Shown piece after piece: positions 23,656 through 36,200 of a stretch of 64,000 bases of DNA. A model generated the notes under the pieces. The model was not told the DNA's origin and did not search any database. It saw nothing but the letters and a program-made list of their open reading frames with translations. Source of the stretch: Marsupella aquatica (Eukaryota > Plantae > Marchantiophyta); the NCBI GenBank assembly GCA_973895155.1, contig OZ316894.1:14151680-14215679 (forward strand), given 5' to 3'. The position numbers were made by a program, and so were the translations under genes. Positions within the stretch are counted from its first letter, which is position 1, and each line of letters begins with the position of its first letter.

Positions 23656-24485
23656 ATCTGACATAGACCTTACTAGAGGATTAGCGTATCATCATGAGAC
23701 AGATGGCCAAACAAAATGGGTGAATGGTATCATAGAGGATGACTTGCGTCAATTTGTGATGGCCAATCAAAAGGATTGAGCAAAGCACTTAACAATGGTC
23801 AAGTTTAGGTATAACTCGACCAAGCATTTGGCAATGGGGTTTGTGCCGTTTGTGTTGGCCACAGGGAGGACGCCAAGGGCGCCCTCTTGGTTCATAAATC
23901 CAAAATCTTGGCAGATGGAAAGCAAGGTTCCTTCTATGGATGATTTTATTTGAGAGTGACGCCTAGTTGTGGAAGCGGCTACCAAGGGTATGACCCTTGC
24001 CCAAAGTTGGTACAAGGAGCAAGGGGATAAACATCAATGTCAGGTAAGCTTCAAAATTGGGGAGAGCGTCTAGTTGTAGTTGAGACCTAAGCACTACCAC
24101 AGGAACATAAGTAAGAAGCTGTCTCCCAGGTATGTGGGGCCCTATTGCATCATACAATGGGCCCACAAGGATAATCCAGTTTTGGTGGTGTTGGAGACAC
24201 CAAGGAAATGGGTGTACGCAAAAGCTACCATGTTAGCCGACTCAAGAAATTTGTCAAAGACAATGATCCCAACCGGGATCAAGTCCTCCGTCCAGACGCC
24301 AGGCTGTGGAGGACGCTGAGGGGTTTGAGGTGGAGGCAATTCTAGACCACTGTTATAAACGCAAGCTAGGAAGGCAAATCTTAGAGTATTTGGTGAAGTG
24401 GGCTGACTATGACCAAGTCGAAAGTACTTGGGAATTGGAGAAAATTTTGGGTAATGCCCCAGAGATCCTTGGAAGCTATCTTTAG
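23656..24485 (+). pseudogene. Chromovirus integrase C-half, GPY motif and chromodomain
   Basis: AYHHETDGQT; KKLSPRYVGPY; FEVEAILDH...EYLVKWADYDQVESTWE (24324-24480). Confidence 0.88.
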
Positions 24486-24936
24486 CGAAGCGGCCTATTG
24501 CTGTTGTGAACTAGTACATATAGCTGTGGCTACCTTTGTCAGTTGTATCCTAGTTTCACTCATCTCGGCCTCTTGAAAATGAGATTGGATTGCGTGGGCG
24601 CTAGAGGTTGTTGGGCGGCCAATTTGCTTTTTGCGAGTGGAAGTTGATGGTGCTCGCTTCACATCTGTGGGCTGGTTAGTTCAAACTAAAGGGGGGTGAA
24701 AAAAGGGTCTGACGAGTTTGGAGTTGGCTTACCCGCTCGGACTGACATCCTACTTGGATAAGTGGGATAGGTTGGAATTTCCTAAGTCTGGAATGCGCAT
24801 ACCAACCTGGTTTGCATTAGCCTTATGGCATACCATTTGTTACCTTATAATATTTTTATGACCTAAAGTGGTCTAGGCGTGTTGGAATGTTTACTTAGGT
24901 CACGCAGACGTGACCATTTTTAAGGGGGGGTGCAAG

Positions 24937-26405
24937 TTGCGGAACTCGACTACCTTAACATTTAGCTCCGACATCGCTGACTCCAATGCCAAGCCCCCCT
25001 ATGGTCCAGGTCCAGAAAGGTCATCCGGGGAGGACTTAGCATGGGGAGACTTGTAGGCAATGGGGCGTGGCACTGACAAAGGCAAAGTGTTGAGCGGGTG
25101 GCACACAATAAGGACTTAGACTAGCCAAGGGTTGGTTGGATCAAGGGGAAAGGGCCGGGCTCAAGGTTGACCGTCCGGACTCTAGACAGAGTTCTGAGGG
25201 CTTGAGTGAGAGCTCCTCTTGGGCTCAAGACCAATGGAGTTGACTCCATGGGCAACAGACGCTTGGGGCACGAGTTATAGCCCAATCCGGGTTTGGCCGA
25301 GCATGGGTCTCGGGTGACAATGAGATCTGAGGACCTAGACATGAGCACTTGGTCGGTCCAATCACAACGGGCTAAGGCACTCCGCTTGCGGATGTCTAAC
25401 TAGAAAGTTATGGGCATTGCCAGTTGGTGGCGCGCCCAGACATGCCGGTTGGGGTCCAGATGGGGACCAAAGTTTGAGGACCAAAGTTGGTCCGGTGTGG
25501 CAGGTCTCCAAAAGCATATATTAGGGGAGTGGTGTCTCCTTGGGGGCTAAGGGCGAGCTGAAGTCGTAGGCCGTGGCGGTCGCGGCACTAAGGAAAAACG
25601 CCAAACAGAAACAACGATAACTTCCCAATGGTAAGTCCGTTGGAGGACTTCCTTGGTGCGTTGAAAAGCTCTCAAGGAGGGATACATGCATCCTTCTGAG
25701 ATCATTTGGGTCTAGGGGTGCTATAGGTTCTTGGGATTTGTGGGGGCTATCTTGCCCGCTTGCCAAATCCTGTCAAAATAGTAGCCAAGTCGCCTTCAGT
25801 CTCTCAAGGGAGCTTGCATTGGGGAGGCAAGGCCAAGTAGGTGTGGAGGTTGAGTTCCAAGGGCACTTGGCCCCTAGACCATCAGTGGGGCAAGAACCGG
25901 GAGTTGGTTGCTAGAATCGGGGCCATTCTGGTCCCGACATGTTGGGACAAGCTTTAGGACAAGCTATGCTAATTGGGCCATGAGCATGTCCTGGGGGTAG
26001 GATGGTCAGTTGGTGATGGATAGGTACAAGGGGGAACCCGAGCTACACCCGAGGAAGGAGCTGTTCTAAATGAACAGTGGGTGTTGGTTTTGGTTCCGGC
26101 TTATGGCATCGAGAGGACCTATTGCTGACCTACTTACCAATGTATGTTGAGCTTGAGTTAGGATGCTAGACTTGGGAGATCTAGATCCCGAGGGGTTACT
26201 TATCGAGACGCTTGGTTGCTTGTGCAGACAGTGAGAATCGTTGAGTAGCGGTTGTGTTGGAGAGCAAGTGCGGCTTCGTATGGGAGGGGCCGTAGGCAGT
26301 GCAAGGGGCACCAGGTTGCTTGCTCGAGGTATTTCGAGGAGTCATTTGGGCATCAAGGGCACTTAGGTGTGGGTGTTGGGATTGGTGAGGGCGTTGGGTG
26401 GTCAG
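24937..26405 (+). repeat. 3' LTR of the chromovirus (right end truncated)
   Basis: Follows the PPT; homologous to 3346-4498. Confidence 0.8.
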
Positions 26406-26880
26406 GCGCTCTAGAACTAGAGAAAAGCCCTTGAGCAAAGATCCTCCAGACAAAAGTTTTTGCCTTAGTAGAGAGATCAATAGTCCACACCACTGTCCAT
26501 ACTCTACTCCAGTCAGCCTCAGTCAAAGTTTCATTCCAAATCCGGTTGAGCCTACAAAAGTCAGAGCCCTTAGGGTGAAGCATTTCATACACCCTACTGT
26601 TAGGTAGCCTAAAACATAGAGGTAAGTGTCCTTGTCTAGACACCTCCATTGCCTTGTCATTGAATCAAATGCCCATCCTTGGAAGACCAATTTGTGAATA
26701 GCCTAGATGAAAGCAAGTGTCTCTTACTTTGCCTCCCAGCAAAATCCCTGAAACATAACATTAGAGCACCCATGGATTTCTACTCATGGTCCGCAGTAGA
26801 CCAAAGATCCAAGACTGATGGAACTCCCACTCATTCCACTGTCTTATAACTTCAACCTTTTTTGTACTAGACCATAAGGC
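26406..26880 (-). mobile_element. L1-type LINE ORF2 fragment (region just upstream of the zf-RVT zinc finger)
   Basis: 'WSRVWTVVWTIDLSTKAKTFVWRIFAQGL' in ORF 26353-26649 is typical of plant L1 ORF2 C-terminal region. Confidence 0.6.
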
Positions 26881-28587
26881 AGCCTATTATATGAACTTAA
26901 TTAAGTATTTGGTTCAATGCCATGGACTTAAGTCGGTAAAATTACATTGTTATCAGTTGTTTCCATCAATCGACCTGATGTCAGTGGCCACATCATCTCA
27001 GAGAGGCTGCCAAGATGCGGTGGCGAAGAAAATTGCGCAAAAAAATCATTTTTTTCTCAAAATTTTATGGAGAATTTTTTTTTCACTATGGGTGTTTGTA
27101 CCGTACAGATACCACATCTTGGCGGGGCTAGCCAAGATGGCCAGGTGTCCGTATGGTACAAACATGGAATTTTGTTGAATTTTTTTTTTCAAAAATTATT
27201 TTTGGGGGGAATTTTTCATAAAAAAGGAAGATTTTTTTCTCCATTTTTTTGTCCGTACACCAATCTCGATGAGGTCAGCTAAGATTGAGTCAATCTCAGT
27301 TGCCTAGCCGAGATGCGTGGAAGTGTGAAGTCACCATCTCAGCTACTCAGTTGAGATTCAAAAATTTCAAGGCAAAAAAATTGATAACTGATGATCCTTG
27401 CTACCCCACTTAAGTCTTTGATTGAATGAAAAGGACTAAAGTATTTGGTTGAACAAAATGGACTTAAATAAGTGTTTGATTGATTGCAATGGATATGAGT
27501 GTTTAGTTGACTGAAATAGGCTAATTATGAGTGGTTGAATTGATGGAATCAAAGTGTGTGTCACTTGTAGTGTAATTGGTACAAATCCACTGGTAACAAC
27601 AAAATTTTTTCACTTATTATGCAATGGGCAGTGGATTGATATTGAGATGGTAATTTCAAATGTGTGTTGTTGTGTATATAATCACATGTGATGCATGCGG
27701 GTTAGAGGGAGTGAGTAGATTAGGGGATTGCGGATTGGAAAATTTTATGCTTAATTAAGGGTTTGATTCCCCTCCATCATATGGACATCATCACTATGAG
27801 GTACTTTACTTTTATTAATAGGCATTTTTTATCATAAAAAATAAGCTTGACTTTAAGTTTTGTAGGGGTCAAAAAATTAGAAATAGTCGCTTTTAAGAAA
27901 ATAAGGGTGAGGAGGAAAACAATTTCACTTATAAGTTAGGGGGTTCATACCCTAAAACATTGCACATGATGCAGGGCCCTACACATAGTGACCCCCTGAG
28001 CTCCTCCTTTCAGTCCAACTTGATGCACACAAATGCAAACCCAGAAGTTCCTTGGTTGCGTAGATTCTCATAGTACAACTTCTCCATGGTTTTTGAGGAT
28101 TGTTCTCAATCGGGGTTGTTTCACAAAAATCCTGTCAATCATTCAATTTTTTGTGTGCGCATCTGTACTTGGTGTGTTGAATGGGCTTTGTGTTGGATTA
28201 ACACGCTCTTGGAGCTCAAGTAATATCATCTGGTGCTATAGTTTAGACAACAAGTTTAAACTCTAAGCACATGAGGAGTTTAAATTTTGCTTGTTTGTTA
28301 GTTTGTATTGAATACTGACTGAGTTTTGATTGTAGTGTTGAGCGCTAGTATTAGTTTATTGCCAAACCACTAGCCTGTTCCACTTAGCCTTGTAATTTGA
28401 TCCTAAGCTTTTATAAGTAAAATTGCTTTTTATCAATTTCTCTACTTGGACACACGCACCCTGGGAATTTTGGGGCACAGGTTGGATATGGTAGCAACTG
28501 AGGACTGCATGTTGTTGGTCTTAAAATATCTGTAAATATTATGTTCGCCTCAAATATGGTCCTAAAAATGTGAGGTTTTTTTGGAGT

Positions 28588-28653
28588 CATTTACCATTAT
28601 GAGTTTTGTTGTTTGCTATTTACTCTTCCTTTTTGCTGTCACGGTGAAAACCC
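28588..28653 (+). mobile_element. Right end of MITE family (TIR ...TCACGGTGAAAACCC)
   Basis: Matches the right end of the element at 55475-55810 and is the reverse complement of its left terminus GGGTTTTCACCGTGA. Confidence 0.55.
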
Positions 28654-29549
28654 CCAACATCAATTGGAGTTCAATTCTTTACAAATGAGCAACTATTTAA
28701 TCCCCTGATAAGACGTCCTTCAATCCAGTACTCTCTGAAATGGCCGACAACATTCACGGGCTATGTGAGGCTTTTGGCCCCAGCCACAAACACTTGCGGC
28801 TTCTCCTGGCCAAGTATGCTGTGGTCACCAAGAGAAGGAGATGGCTGGGATGCAAGGATGCTTTTGTGACTTGGTGAAAGCACCTCATTCTTATTTCTTA
28901 TAGGGATCTTAGGGGAGGCAGCTCCTTTAGTCATTTAGGTGTGTGGTTTTTTAGGACTGGTCTTTTGATGGATGTCTTCTCTTCTGTCTGACCATCCTCT
29001 AGACAGTTGTTACATAGAACGTAGAGGCTGTCATTGGTGACCGGTGCATGGTCTCGGGTCTTAGATGGCTCTTAGACGTACGACCTTTACAGCTGTCGGA
29101 TATCGCAACTTTTTCATGTTCACATTCCCTTGTGTTGGGGCTTGGCCCCCACCGTTTTGGCCCTGTTTGGCCGTTGTACTGGCTGTTTTGGCCCCCCTTC
29201 CCGTGGGTTCTTGTGGGTTTTACTTGTAAAAGGCAAAAAAAGGTTGGAAAATAATAATAAATTGGAGTTCAATTATTGTCAAGATTGGGGGGATTGTGGG
29301 TTCCACTTGAATGTTTCCCATTGTTTTATGTTTGTTGTGTATATGTTTGGATTGTCCCTTTGATTCTTAATGAATTACACATGGAAGAGAACCCAAGTAG
29401 AAGTTTCCAAAGAAAGTGCAATATTCGGTAACACACCAAGTAAAGGAAACAAACAAAGAAACAATACGGATACGGGAATGAATAAGAATAACAGTGAATA
29501 AACGTCAAAGATACCGATGGATGTGCAGGCCATATTTGGTTTTATCAGC

Positions 29550-32150
29550 TAATTCATAGGGAAAGGCAGTTTATGGTGTAGGAATTCAAGAGTATAGGGA
29601 TGGTGTAATTGGTATGGTTTTGTTTCCCGAAAGCGAGCAGCCTGCTGGATGTGATGAGGCATGGCATCTGTACTCGGGCATCAACCTCCTTAGGAAAGGA
29701 AAGATTGCCGGTCTAGATTTGTCATGAAGGCTGATGACAAGAATTGTAAGCTGGAGTTCTATCAATGGAATAAAGTGGAGTCTTACTTGATAGAGGATAC
29801 AATTTTATCATATAATTTCATAAATTGTGAATATGGAGAAGATTAATCTCACCTGGACAACTGAATTGAAAATGATACCATATGGTGTTCAGAATGCACT
29901 CAAGGGGTGCTGGAAACTAATTCACAAATGGAGGACAACATTAAAAAAGGAAAACTTAAAACCAAAAACTTTTGCCTAGTTGATTGAGAATACTTGACTA
30001 GATTATTGTGAGGGTATTTAAATGTTACTAGCTGAATGATAAGGTGACATACAACTATTGTTTCTCTGGATATAAGGCAGGGATATGAATCATAAACATA
30101 CAATTCTGATTCTACTTGACTAATGAAACTTGAGTTGGATCTTCTACTGAGCTCGACAGTGTGCTTGACAGTCCAAGGGATAAGGAGAAGAAGGCAGGGG
30201 GCCTTACCTTTCCACTTGAGAGAAAGAGAATTTAAGAGAATAGTAAGAAGTATAAGTCTGGAAATTGTTAAGAGTCTTCAATTTGAAATCTGGCTGTCCA
30301 AGAATGGTTTAGAGATCAATCAAATTAATAGACCAATCAATTTGGGATCTTTTGATGTGTGGAGTGGAGTGATTGAGACCGTTTTAAAGAAGGGAGTAGT
30401 CAGATTTGAGTGAATATATAAATGATTGATCAACAGTATGAAAGAGGTAAAGATAGAGCCAGGAGAGAAGTTAGAAGGAGAGGATTGATTAAGATATGTT
30501 GACCTGAGGAGCTTGGATTGGTGGAATCGCTAGATGAGTTTCTGAGGTTCACAACGCTGGACTTAGGACAAAAGCACTTTGATCCCTTGCCTGTGCGAGT
30601 GTATGCCTGGAACTGGGGCCTGACCATGCCCTCCAGTGCCAAAGATTCTTCACAATAGCAGGAGCGGCCTCAGGCTCCTCCCCATCCTTAGGAAGCGGGA
30701 GAGAGTTCTAGGCCCAGCCGATTGCACTAGCATTTCCCTTGCCCAGGCATACGCCGCTCCAGCAACAGCAGCAACAAACACAACAGCATCTGTAGCGGCA
30801 ACATTCATGCTAGTCCCCATCCATGGCCCAATCAGCAGTCCGGGTCTGATTAAGCAGTCCGGGTCTGATTAGTGGTAAATGTGTCAAGTTAAGGGCCATC
30901 TTGCACGTGCAAGGTCCTTTGCTTTCCGGCCCTGAAACAAACCTGTGGCATGAGTTCATGAAGCAAGAGCTTGGCACTCCAGACGGCGTCTTTGGTTGAG
31001 ATGCAAGGGCAAGGGCCAGAAATTTCTGGCCCTTGAGGTCCCCAACCTTTAAATCTCAATAAAACAAAATGACATTGATCATAAGAAGACAAAGGAGTAG
31101 ACACAACTGAGTGGACGCATCACACGTTTATGTTCTTTGGTTGAGTTTAAATTCAGGTTTACACTTTTTCCCCACATTTGTGGACTGGTAAGGGCTGCTT
31201 TTCTGAGGACTCTTGCACATGCAAGACAGCCCTAAGTTTAGGCTCGGATACCCTGAGGCTGCAGCAGAACATGCGGGTCTTGCGCCAAAGTCATACCCCT
31301 GCATCTTGGTAGCCCCACCAGCCAACTCCAGTAGTAGTCCCAATGGATGAGGCTGTTACCATTGCAGCAGCCTCCACCAGATGTCAACTATACTAGTGAT
31401 TGTCTTAGTCACTGATCACCCAACAGTATCAGAGATGGAGGAAGGGGAAATTCCTTTGGCTGCGGTTGCGTCCAATAGACAAAGCCAAATAAGCTGACAT
31501 CCCACTACTCATGGCCACCGTGGGGTGGCCACACTCACGCTCCACTGAATGGGAGAGAATCTCCATAGAGGCATCCTTCACGCGTCCCACGATGTGTATG
31601 TGCAAACATAGGGATCCGAGTAGTTGGTGTCCTTATCTTGGAACACTTGTTGCAACTATGGGCAAGAGATCACTGAATGTATCGTCAACTTTGATGAGGC
31701 CCAAGAATGTACTAGGGTCGATGGACAAGCTTGGGTTTAGATGAGTTTCCGCTTGCCCGAGGGCACGCCAAGGTAGAGTCACGAGCACCCGGCCTAGAGA
31801 GGTGAAGTATCATTCCCACAACTTTGACTCCTTCATGCACATTGACAACAACTTCCTTCTGCACAAATGCAAAAGGGTAGAGATCGTAGAGCAACTCAAG
31901 TTCTAGAGGTACGCCTGCAGCCAAGAGGAGAGATCTCTGTTGCAAAGTCCACCAGGTGGAGTTCTTCAAGCCGAGGAAGTGGATTTCATACTTCACCAGA
32001 AGATTGCACAAGGAGCTAGTCCAACAAGGCACCCTCTACGTGGGTGACATACCTGGTCAGCCAAATCAAGATCATCCTCGTATGGTTACCCTCATTGTCC
32101 TTGCCAGGACATTGGTCAAGATGCCATCCTTGCTGGTCCCACTATTTGAT
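29550..32150 (-). mobile_element. Highly decayed LINE-like remnant
   Basis: Broken ORFs with a degenerate CCHC-like 'CFR.GKQ..' near 30900-30945; no clean domain recoverable. Confidence 0.3.
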
Positions 32151-32227
32151 CTTACTTCACTCACCCAACTAAAGTATACACCCCCAAAAAGTGAGGGAAA
32201 ATGAACCAATTGTCTCAAAATATGTAT

Positions 32228-32630
32228 CTCTTCACTATGGCATACTATCTTTTAATTGTACTTACATCAACATATTAAAGTTTTGATACTAAAACAAACA
32301 GGGCATTCTAAACAGGGCATGTAGATGTCCCTTCATGATGTCAAATGCAACAAGTCAGATGGGCATATAGATGTGCCTTCATGATGTCAAATGAAATCAA
32401 ATGCTTCTTTACAAGCATTAAAGGACACATACTCTTCACTATGGCATAATATCCTTTAATTGTACTTACATCAAACATAGTGGAGTTGTGACACAAAACA
32501 AATGGGGCATTCTGAACAGGTCAGATGGGCATATAGGTTTCCCGTCATGATGTCAAATGAAATCCAATGCTTCCTTACAAGCATTAAAGGATACAAGATG
32601 TCAAACGAAATTGAATGCATCCTTACAAAC
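32228..32630 (+). repeat. Imperfect ~200-bp tandem duplication
   Basis: ctcttcactatgg...ttaattgtacttacatcaa...gtcagatgggcatatag...tcatgatgtcaaatgaaatc occurs twice (starts ~32228 and ~32432). Confidence 0.7.
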
Positions 32631-33245
32631 ATTACAGGATACATAAGTACGAAAGTAACTTTACACCTGCTTACACCCCCTTGACAAGTCTCACAATGTT
32701 ACAAGTTACTCTCGATTACAAAGTTCATTGTATCTCAGAGTGCGAGTGTCCAAGTTCGATAGAAACAAGTAATGATTGCACTAACTATTTCACATTGAAC
32801 ACTGAGAGTCTGATCATCCTGACACAAGACGGGCAATTGGATGTTTGTTAACCAGAATATCTTGCATCTGTCAGACTTCTTTAGGTCAGTATTCAAGACA
32901 GCAGTATCAATTCGTCACATCAGCATGGAATTTCAAAAAATTGATCACTCCGCGATCGGCATTGCTGTTAAGGTGAAACTTGAGTGTCTCCGGAATCCTA
33001 ATACGATCCTTGCTATCCCGAAACTAATAACAAGAATACTCTCACCCTTCCTAACTCCACCAATTCATTTCACGAACTCAAGCTGTTGTAGACCTGTTAC
33101 AATTGATACGAAAAAGTCCATCCAACCTGAAACTCCTCTTCCACACTCAAAATAATAGATTGGAAGTTCTTGCCGAGAGTTGAGAATAAGAGAGTAGAAT
33201 AAGGAGCACCCTGTGTATGTACTTCTCCTGTAGGATCACGGATCC

Positions 33246-36200
33246 CTACGTTTCGTTTGCCTGGTGTGGTGGCAAGGCATACGGTGTAAGGTCCCCAATT
33301 TCTGGCTTTTCATTCTGCAAGCCAATCGATAACGAGAGATGGATGCTTAGAGAGAGTATATGAACAGACTACTCCTGACTACCTTAAGGTTCATGATTGA
33401 AAGAAAATCGGATGTGAAAGGTTCACGGCATCTTGGCAGGAAACGCACCACATCAACCTCAAATGACTACGCAGCAAGGTTTCACTCCTAGTTTATTGAG
33501 AACGGGATGAGGTTAAGGAATCACCAATAATTGTGATACATTCCATTCATTGTTGAAAAGTAACACTGGCCTTCCCCACTGTGAAAACAAGAGATAGTTC
33601 CCAAAGTAAGTAGCCTAAAAAAGACTCAACCTAGAGTTTCAAAAACTCGCTTTCCTGCTAGTGACAAACACTTTCGAGGCTTGTCTTTTCTAACTGTTAA
33701 ATAGCCTAATGAATTACGGTGGACACATCTTTGACGCGAGTTTAGGGTCATCAATTAGCACAATCAGCTGAAATTCTAAACAGAAATGATAAACGTTTAG
33801 TCGTGTCCGGTTTTCAGTACATTGAAGGTAGACAACGACTTACTTGATCCTTGACTGTTGCACAGTTGTACAATCTACCGACTTTCTCAAGAGCTGGCCA
33901 TCCTCCTGCTACCCATCTGGCGACACTATATCCAAGAGGCTCCAAATGTGTCTCTACATTGTATTCAGATGTCATCCGATACTGCACAACCTGAAAAAAC
34001 CTCCCTCGCTGATCAGAACCCCTTCTTATTAGAGCTTACGTCAAGTTCTTCACTATCCCAGGCTAAGAGCATCGCTACTGAATCCGCAACATTTGGCCCG
34101 TGTGCACAGCTACGATGAACATGCCAAGATAATCTCATCTCTGTCTAAATTCGAGAAACCAAACTCGTATACTAAGCCACTCCTCCACATATAGAGACAA
34201 ATTATGCCCAGTCAACCTTTCGTTCCATACCTCAAATTGAAGTTGACCTACAGCTGCAATGATCGGATCTTTCCTCCCTGAATTGACTGAATACAGCACC
34301 TAAATAAAAATCAAGAAGTGAGAGATATTCAAAATTACATAATAGAATGGGAGCCCGGCAGGGCATACCCAAGAGGCTTTCATCAGATGTAATGCAGTCA
34401 ATATGGAGCTTTCCTGGAAAGACGGGCACGTTGACTGCAATCTGAGTAGGTAATGAAAAATTCCGTCTTCCTGTTGCCCAGAATTTGTTGAGGCCGATTT
34501 GGTTTTCCAGACAGTGTCGAAAGGCAGACAGAAGACAATAAATGTATTTACGAACCATTGACACCGGAGACCAATACATGTATACAAAAAGGAGTGAGAG
34601 TATCTACCTGAACTGCACCTTCCCCCAGGAGCTCAGTCACACCCTTCAGAAATTGCTTGTATTTAGAAGGATTTGGATTATGCAGATAGCAGAACAGTTC
34701 TGGAGAAAATGAGGGAATGCCGGGGTAAAATCTCCTTGGGCCACAATACAGAGTATCTCCGATGCAGAAGGCATTTGGATTGTTGAGCCCAATCACTGCA
34801 ACAGGACAACTCCATTTAAATATTTTCGCCAATAACTTTAAGGATATCAACCAATCACTCATTAAGGAGTTCAATTCCCATCGTCAAGTGACCTACTCGA
34901 AAAAGTCACCTAAACCTCTCTATCATTTTAACTGCAAAAAGCCCTTGACAAATAACAAAAATTAATACATTTTGGCAGCCCATGAATTTTCTATTCCCTG
35001 AAAGACGCTTCGAAACAAGAGCATCTGGATTGGGGACAGAGTAGATACACCTGCGCTCGCTACCCTAATGATTTTTAGGCCATCAACCGATCACTATGCA
35101 ATAAGCTCAAGCGCAAGTTCAGAAATAACTCTCCTCATTCCAACTAAAAACCTTCCTCATAAAAAACTTCATAGAAAAACGACCTTGGCAGAAATTGGAT
35201 TTTGAAATCCATGATAAATAATGAAGAAACAGAAGCATTGTATGACATGAGGCTGGAGCCTTCCATTATTCAGAACTTGGCAGGACATTGGAGATCAAAG
35301 ATTATACCATCTCCCGCATATCCAACCTCAACTGTTGTGCGATCCTGTGCAAACATCTTCTGTGGCCTTGTCAAAGTGATAGTTTTGCCATTCCTTGCTA
35401 GTTGTACCTTCATTCCCTTCTTGAACTGACCTGGACATGGCGAGTACAGGACTTTAGAGGATTATGGTTTGCAATTTCCTTCGCTGGCAATCACAATCTG
35501 CACAGCCCTCAGCAAAACGTCAGAAATGTTCAGTGACCTGCAGTCCTGCCCTTTCCAGTCTCTGAAATGTGCTTGCATCAATTTCGTGACCTCATTAATG
35601 TCTGCCTGCCACTCTGCATGAACCCCGAGTATGGAGAACACTGAGGTTGGAAATTTCACACTGACAAAACAGAAGTCTATCCGGACCTGAGCAAACCCGC
35701 AAAAATGCAACTTTGTCTCTGTGCTTGGGATCCATGTTTGCTTGCAGCTTCAACAGTTCATGTCATACATTAGTCCTCAGAACATTGACAAGTGATTCAG
35801 TTAGCTGCATAGTGAGCATAAGCATCTGAAAAGAAACGTCGATGACAATCAAATAGGTGTGAGAACCAGAAAGAGAACTTTTGCCAACTAGCTAGTTCGC
35901 TAGCTTATCTAAATTCAGTTTCAATGATCAACTGACAAGAATGAAGAGGGAAACTTTACTTTGAAAACAAACCCAGTGAAGTAAGGATACTCTGGATGAA
36001 CATCCCCCAAACTGCTAGCATGAGTCCCAGGCTTCATTCCATACTCCAGGAATGTTTCTAGGAACAATTCTACCTGCAGCAGATGCGAAGTGAATGACAC
36101 GACAGCTTCAAAAAAATTCCAAATCAAGGTAGCATGAAAGAAGGATATTTTACCACCTCGTTAGACGTTTTCATACCTACTTGTGTCTGATTCCGACCAC

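Larger units (their letters stand above)
3346..26405 (+). mobile_element. Old chromovirus Ty3/gypsy element acting as host for nested insertions
   Basis: LTR-PBS at left; RNaseH end and integrase N-half at ~13330-14184; integrase C-half and chromodomain at 23656-24485; PPT aaggggggg 24922-24930; 3' LTR from 24937. The two LTRs are visibly diverged and the right one is truncated, so no TSD can be tested and the pairing is inferred. Confidence 0.6.

Noticed and set aside
26940-27400. DNA-transposon-like remnant with ATCTCAG/CTGAGAT-type motifs
   Set aside because: No definable TIR pair or TSD.
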